Source: Phenylobacterium sp. (lineage in GTDB: Bacteria > Pseudomonadota > Alphaproteobacteria > Caulobacterales > Caulobacteraceae). From it: DNA of 64,000 nucleotides. The DNA lies in assembly GCF_041916435.1 (NCBI RefSeq), contig NZ_JAYRZM010000007.1, forward strand, positions 241,651-305,650, read 5' to 3'. Under the pieces are notes generated by a model. It was not told the DNA's origin and did not search any database. It saw only the letters and a list, made by a program, of their open reading frames with translations. This document shows positions 59,127 to 64,000 of the stretch, piece by piece; within the stretch, counting starts at the first letter, position 1; every line of letters starts with the position of its first letter. The position numbers and the translations under genes were made by a program.

Positions 59127-60633
59127 CGACTGGCTGACCGACGCGCGCGGGCGCGTCGGGCGGACCGAGCCCGCGCCGAGGGTCGATCAGGTGGGCCGGG
59201 TCGAGGCCGTGGCCGACGGCGTGGCCCGAGTCCTCGGCCTGCCTGAGGCGCGGCTGGACGAGCTGGTGCGCTTCGAGCGGGGGCAGGTCGGCTTCGTGCT
59301 CAGCCTGGAGCGCGAGGCGCTCGAGTGCGTGCTGCTCGACGACGCGGCCGGCGTCGAGGCCGGCGACCTGGTTCGCGGCAGCGGCGACGTGGTCCGCGCC
59401 CCCGTGGGCGAGGCGCTGCTGGGCCGCGTGGTCGATCCCCTGGGACGGCCGCTTGATGGCGGCCAGCCCATCGCGGCCGAGGATGTCCGGGCGATCGAGC
59501 AGCCCGCCCCGCCGATCATCGACCGCGACTTCGTCAACGAGCCGGTGCAGACCGGCCTTCTGGTGATCGACGCCCTGTTCGCCCTGGGGCGCGGCCAGCG
59601 CGAACTGATCATTGGCGACCGCGCCATCGGCAAGACCGCGGCGGCCGTCGACTGCATCATCAACCAGAAGTCCAGCGACATCATCTGCGTCTACGTGGCC
59701 GTGGGACAGAAGTCCTCGACCGTGCGGCGGGTGATCGACGCCGTGCGCGCGCACGGCGCGCCGGAGCGCTGCATCTTCATGGTCGCCGGCGCCTCCAGCC
59801 CGCCCGGCCTGCAATGGATCGCCCCGTTCTCGGCCTTCACCATGGCCGAATATTTCCGCGATCGCGGCCAGCACGCCCTAGTGGTCGTCGACGACATGAC
59901 CAAGCACGCGGCCACCCACCGCGAGATCGCGCTCCTGACCCGCCAGCCGCCGGGGCGCGAAGCCTATCCGGGCGACGTCTTCCACGTGCACGCCAGGCTG
60001 CTGGAGCGCGCGGCCAAGCTGTCGGCGGCCAGGGGCGGCGGCTCGCTCACGGCCCTGCCGATCGCCGAGCTGAACGCCGGCAATCTCAGCGCCTACATCC
60101 CCACCAACCTGATCTCCATCACAGACGGCCAGATCGTGCTCGACGAGCGCCTGTTCGCCGAGGGCCAGAAGCCGGCCGTCGACATCAGCGTCAGCGTCAG
60201 CCGCGTGGGGGGCAAGACCCAGGCGCCGGCCCTGCGCGAAGCGGCCGAGAGCCTCAGGCTCGACTACGCCCAGTTCCTGGAGCTGGAGGTCTTCACCCGC
60301 TTCGGCGCGGTGGCCGATCCCAAGGTCAAGGCGCGGATCGAGCGCGGCCGGCGCATCCGCGCGGTGCTCAGCCAGCCCCAGTACGCGCCGCTGCGGCTGG
60401 CCGACGAGGTGGCGCTCGTCCTGGCCCTGCAGGAGGGTCTCGTCGACCAGATCGCCTTGGACCAGGTCGGCCGCTTCCGCGAATCCCTGCCGGCCCACAT
60501 CGACCGCTTCGCCGCCGAGGCCGTGAAGCAGATCCACGAGACGGGCGAGCTGAAGGACGCGCCGCGCGCGCAACTCGTCGATGCGCTCAAGACCTTGGCG
60601 AGCGGCCTGGCGTCAGGTCAGGGGGCCGGCTGA
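59101..60633 (+). CDS. atpA: N-ATPase alpha subunit
   Basis: [40 protein letters not shown]. Confidence 0.95.
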   Translation: MTDARAKLDDWLTDARGRVGRTEPAPRVDQVGRVEAVADGVARVLGLPEARLDELVRFERGQVGFVLSLEREALECVLLDDAAGVEAGDLVRGSGDVVRAPVGEALLGRVVDPLGRPLDGGQPIAAEDVRAIEQPAPPIIDRDFVNEPVQTGLLVIDALFALGRGQRELIIGDRAIGKTAAAVDCIINQKSSDIICVYVAVGQKSSTVRRVIDAVRAHGAPERCIFMVAGASSPPGLQWIAPFSAFTMAEYFRDRGQHALVVVDDMTKHAATHREIALLTRQPPGREAYPGDVFHVHARLLERAAKLSAARGGGSLTALPIAELNAGNLSAYIPTNLISITDGQIVLDERLFAEGQKPAVDISVSVSRVGGKTQAPALREAAESLRLDYAQFLELEVFTRFGAVADPKVKARIERGRRIRAVLSQPQYAPLRLADEVALVLALQEGLVDQIALDQVGRFRESLPAHIDRFAAEAVKQIHETGELKDAPRAQLVDALKTLASGLASGQGAG

Positions 60634-61490
60634 TGGCCGAACGGCTGGCCGATCTCGTCGCCCAGATCGAGAATGTGCGCCAGCTCGACGCCGTGGTCGC
60701 CGCCATGCGCGGGATCGCCGCCTCGCGCGCCCAGAACGGTCGGTCGATGCTGCCCGGCGTGGAGGCCTACACCGAGGTCGTCTCCCGTGGCATCGGCGAA
60801 GCCCTGACCCTTCTCGGCGGGGAGCCGCCGGCGCCTGCGCCCCACGACGGCGCGCGGCGCGGCCTGATCCTGTTCTGCGCCGAGCAGGGCTTCGCCGGCG
60901 CGTTCAGCCAGCGGGTGCTGGACGCGGCGGGCGCGCTGGCGCCGGACACGGTGGTGCTGCTGGTGGGAAGCCGCGGCTCGGTGGTCGCCGAGGAGCGGGG
61001 GCTGAAGGTCGACTGGGCGTCCGCCATGGCCACGCACGCGGCCGCCGTGCCCTCGCTGGCCGACCGGCTGGCCGAGGCGCTCTATCAGCGGATCGAGGAG
61101 GACCAGCTCGTCAGGGTGGACATCATCCATCCGAAGAGCGCTGCGGCGGGGCAGGTGGAGGTGGTGAGCCAGTCGCTGCTGCCGCTGGACTTCGAGCGCT
61201 TCTCGCCGCCAAACCGCAACCAGCCGCCCCTGATCGACCTGCAGCCGGCGACCCTCCTGGAGCGCCTGGCCACCGAATACGTCTACGCCCAGCTCTGCGA
61301 GGCGGCGATGCACGCCTTCGCCGCCGAGAACGAGGCGCGCGTTCTGGAGATGGCCGGGGCCAAGACCAACATCGAGGCCAAGCTCTCCACGCTCACGGAT
61401 CGTGAGCGCCAGCTTCGGCAGTCGGAAATCACCACCGAAATCATCGAACTGGCCGCGGGAGCCGAAGCGCTGCAGGAAGGAAGCGCCTAG
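60633..61490 (+). CDS. atpG: N-ATPase gamma subunit
   Basis: AEQGFAGAF, AENEAR..M, RQSEITTEIIEL. Confidence 0.92.
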   Translation: MAERLADLVAQIENVRQLDAVVAAMRGIAASRAQNGRSMLPGVEAYTEVVSRGIGEALTLLGGEPPAPAPHDGARRGLILFCAEQGFAGAFSQRVLDAAGALAPDTVVLLVGSRGSVVAEERGLKVDWASAMATHAAAVPSLADRLAEALYQRIEEDQLVRVDIIHPKSAAAGQVEVVSQSLLPLDFERFSPPNRNQPPLIDLQPATLLERLATEYVYAQLCEAAMHAFAAENEARVLEMAGAKTNIEAKLSTLTDRERQLRQSEITTEIIELAAGAEALQEGSA

Positions 61491-61501
61491 CCGGGCCAGG
61501 C

Positions 61502-61515
61502 TTGACCTCGGTCAA
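61502..61515. promoter_or_regulatory. FixK/FNR box
   Basis: Perfect TTGAC-CTCG-GTCAA in the atpG-glycosyltransferase gap. Confidence 0.8.
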
Positions 61516-61639
61516 CGCCCGGCCGGGATCGATCCGACAGGCTCGTCCGGCAAGCCGAACCAATGCGCAGCGTCGCGCGTTTCCCGCCTCGCCGGGGCCG
61601 CGTCGGCGCCTCGCGCGGCCGCATCGTGGAGACCGCCCG

Positions 61640-62896
61640 ATGGCTGACCCTGCAAGCCCCGCCGCCGACCCGGCGCTCACGTTGACCTCGCTGGAGGACT
61701 ACCGGGCCCTGATCGGCGAGCAGGCGGTCGAGCGGATTCTCGCCAAGGCCGAACGCCTGCACGACGTCCACGTGCTGAACGTCAACTCCACCTACTACGG
61801 CGGCGGGGTGGCCGAGATCCTGGCCTCACTGACGCTGCTGATGAACGCGGCGGGCATCAAGACCGGCTGGCGCGTGATCCAGGGGCGTCCCGATTTCTTC
61901 AGCGTCACCAAGAAGATGCACAACGCTCTTCAGGGCGCGGACATAGAGATGACCGACCTCAAGACGCAGATCTACGAGGAGGTCGCCTACGAGAACTCGG
62001 TTCGCAACCACATCGACCACGACGTGGTCATCGTGCACGACCCCCAGCCCCTGCCGCTGATCCGCCACTACCGCCGGCGCGCGCCGTGGATCTGGCGCTG
62101 CCACGTGGACATGTCGCGTCCCAACCCGGGGCTATGGTCCTATCTGTCGCCGTTTGTGGAGGAATACGACGCCGTTGTCTTCTCGCTGCCGGAGTACGCT
62201 CAGAAGCTGACAACGCCGCAGCGGTTCATCACCCCGGCCATCAACCCCTTCTCGACCACCAACAAGGCGCTGTCGGACAGCGAGATCGACGAGCGCCTGA
62301 GCCGCTACGGCATTCCCACCGACCTGCCGCTGGTCGTGCAGGTCTCGCGCTTCGACAAGTGGAAGGATCCGCACGGGGTGATCGATGCGGTGAAGCTCGC
62401 CCGCACCCAGGTCGATTGCCGGCTGGTGCTGGTGGGCAACGTCGCGACCGACGATCCGGAAGGCCAGGAGGTGTTCGCCAGCCTGTGCGACTGCGCGGAC
62501 GACCGCATCATCATCCTGTCGGTGCAGGACTCGGCCCTGGTCAACGCGCTGCAGCGGCGCGCGGCCGTGGTGCTGCAGAAGTCGATCCGCGAAGGCTTCG
62601 GCCTGACGGTCACCGAGGCCATGTGGAAGGGCGCGGCGGTCATCGGCGGCCGCGCCGGCGGCATCCGACGGCAGATCGAGGACGGGGTGAACGGCTTCCT
62701 GGTCGGCTCGATCGAGGAGGCCGCCGACCGGATCGTCCTCTTGCTGAAGGACCGCGAGCTGGCCAAGCGGCTCGGCGACGCGGCCCAGGAGAGCGTTCGC
62801 CGCCACTTCCTCATGAGCCGGCTGATGGAGGAATGGCTGGACCTGATCGGCTCGTTCCGCACCGAATTCCACCTGTTGAGCGGCGCGAGCGCCTAG
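61640..62896 (+). CDS. GT4 glycosyltransferase, TreT (trehalose synthase)-like
   Basis: NSTYYGGGVAEIL, HDPQP, WRCHVD, SRFDKWKD, REGFGLTVTEAMWK. Confidence 0.85.
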   Translation: MADPASPAADPALTLTSLEDYRALIGEQAVERILAKAERLHDVHVLNVNSTYYGGGVAEILASLTLLMNAAGIKTGWRVIQGRPDFFSVTKKMHNALQGADIEMTDLKTQIYEEVAYENSVRNHIDHDVVIVHDPQPLPLIRHYRRRAPWIWRCHVDMSRPNPGLWSYLSPFVEEYDAVVFSLPEYAQKLTTPQRFITPAINPFSTTNKALSDSEIDERLSRYGIPTDLPLVVQVSRFDKWKDPHGVIDAVKLARTQVDCRLVLVGNVATDDPEGQEVFASLCDCADDRIIILSVQDSALVNALQRRAAVVLQKSIREGFGLTVTEAMWKGAAVIGGRAGGIRRQIEDGVNGFLVGSIEEAADRIVLLLKDRELAKRLGDAAQESVRRHFLMSRLMEEWLDLIGSFRTEFHLLSGASA

Positions 62897-62917
62897 TTGA
62901 GAAGGGAGGCTCCAGTC

Positions 62918-64000
62918 ATGCAATCCTCGCAAGTGCTGTGGTTCGAGGAACTGGCGCGAGGCGACGTGCCCAAGGTGGGAGGCAAGAACGCCTCCCTCGG
63001 CGAGATGGTGGGCGCCCTGGCCTCCAAGGGCGTGCGCGTGCCCGGCGGCTTCGCGACCACCGCCGACGCCTATTGGCGATTCATCGACGCCAACGGCCTG
63101 CGCGAGCGCCTGAACGCGGCGTTCGCCGATCTGGCTTCCGGCAAGGCGAGCCTGGCCGAGACCGGCGCGGCGGTGCGCGCCGCCATGCTGCGCGGCGACT
63201 GGCCCGAGGATACGGCCAAGGCGCTCGTCGAAGCCTATCGGGAGCTTTGCCGCCGGGCCGGGCGCGCCGACGTGGACGTGGCCGTGCGCTCCAGCGCCAC
63301 GGCCGAGGACCTGCCCGACGCCAGCTTCGCCGGCCAGCAGGAGACCTTCCTCAACATCCGCGGCGAGGAGGCGCTGCTCAGCGCCTGCCGCCGCTGCTAC
63401 GCCTCGCTGTTCACCGACCGGGCCATCGCCTATCGCCAGGCCAAGGGCTTCGACCACATGAAGGTGGCCCTGTCGGTGGGGGTGCAGTTGATGATCCGCT
63501 CTGATCTCGGCGGGGCGGGCGTGATGTTCTCCATCGACACCGAGACCGGCTTTGACAAGGTCGTGCTGATCAACGCCGCCTGGGGCCTCGGTGAGAACGT
63601 GGTGCAGGGGGCGGTCAATCCCGACGAGTACGCGGTCTTCAAGCCGTTCCTGGACGACGAGGGCCTGACGCCGATCATCGAGAAAACCCTCGGCGGCAAG
63701 GCCCAGAAGATGATCTACGCCACGGGCGAGGAGCGGCCGACCCGCAACGTGCCGACCTCGCGCGCCGAACAGGAGGCGTTCGTCCTCAGCGATGGGGAAA
63801 TCCTGCAGCTGGCCCGCTGGGCCTGCGTGATCGAAGACCACTACGGCCGCCCCATGGACATGGAGTGGGCCAAGGACGGCCTGACCGGCGAGCTTTCCAT
63901 CGTCCAGGCGCGGCCGGAGACGGTGCAGTCCCGGCGGGGCGGGGCGCTTCTGCGCACCTATCGCGTCGGCTCCAAGGGCCGTCTGCTGGTCTCCGGGCTC
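62918..64000 (+). CDS. ppsA: Phosphoenolpyruvate synthase, 3' end outside window
   Basis: GGGAGG RBS; VGGKNASLGEM, VAVRSSATAEDLPDASFAGQQETFL, WGLGENVVQG, MDMEWAKDG, VQARPETV. Confidence 0.95.
   Translation, partial: MQSSQVLWFEELARGDVPKVGGKNASLGEMVGALASKGVRVPGGFATTADAYWRFIDANGLRERLNAAFADLASGKASLAETGAAVRAAMLRGDWPEDTAKALVEAYRELCRRAGRADVDVAVRSSATAEDLPDASFAGQQETFLNIRGEEALLSACRRCYASLFTDRAIAYRQAKGFDHMKVALSVGVQLMIRSDLGGAGVMFSIDTETGFDKVVLINAAWGLGENVVQGAVNPDEYAVFKPFLDDEGLTPIIEKTLGGKAQKMIYATGEERPTRNVPTSRAEQEAFVLSDGEILQLARWACVIEDHYGRPMDMEWAKDGLTGELSIVQARPETVQSRRGGALLRTYRVGSKGRLLVSGL

Overview
High-GC chromosomal window. Gene content (DUF2336 polar proteins, CtrA-like and FixK-like boxes, EcfG-type sigma) suggests a Caulobacteraceae/Phenylobacterium-like alphaproteobacterium; this is inference. 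About 60 CDS are supported, and I saw no tRNA, rRNA, CRISPR array, IS or integrase. Main blocks: (1) 1.6-7.9 kb, a co-oriented signalling module of EAL phosphodiesterase, LysM/TPR lipoprotein, TM-sensor-HAMP Hanks kinase, TagH-type FHA protein and PP2C phosphatase. This is a T6SS-style threonine-phosphorylation circuit with no T6SS structural genes beside it, and the best candidate for an undescribed system. (2) An ECF sigma behind a densely structured intergenic region, matB, and mscS-otsB-otsA. (3) A beta-helix/diheme cytochrome pair, SDR, dienelactone hydrolase, CYP153-like P450 and M13 peptidase. (4) Core-like genes: CtrA-box SLT gene, hybrid kinase, two DUF2336 proteins, Hpt, NAD kinase, glpK, RND pump, cytochrome c, plus an inserted DUF389-OmpA fusion with an SLC13 permease. 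(5) An accessory stress/energy block from about 48 kb: metallophosphatase-TM-SPOR fusion, MscS, ClC, arsR-arsI-arsC-acr3, a complete N-ATPase operon, then a perfect FixK/FNR box before a TreT-like synthase and ppsA (runs off the window). Family calls come from motif recognition by eye; no database searches were run.
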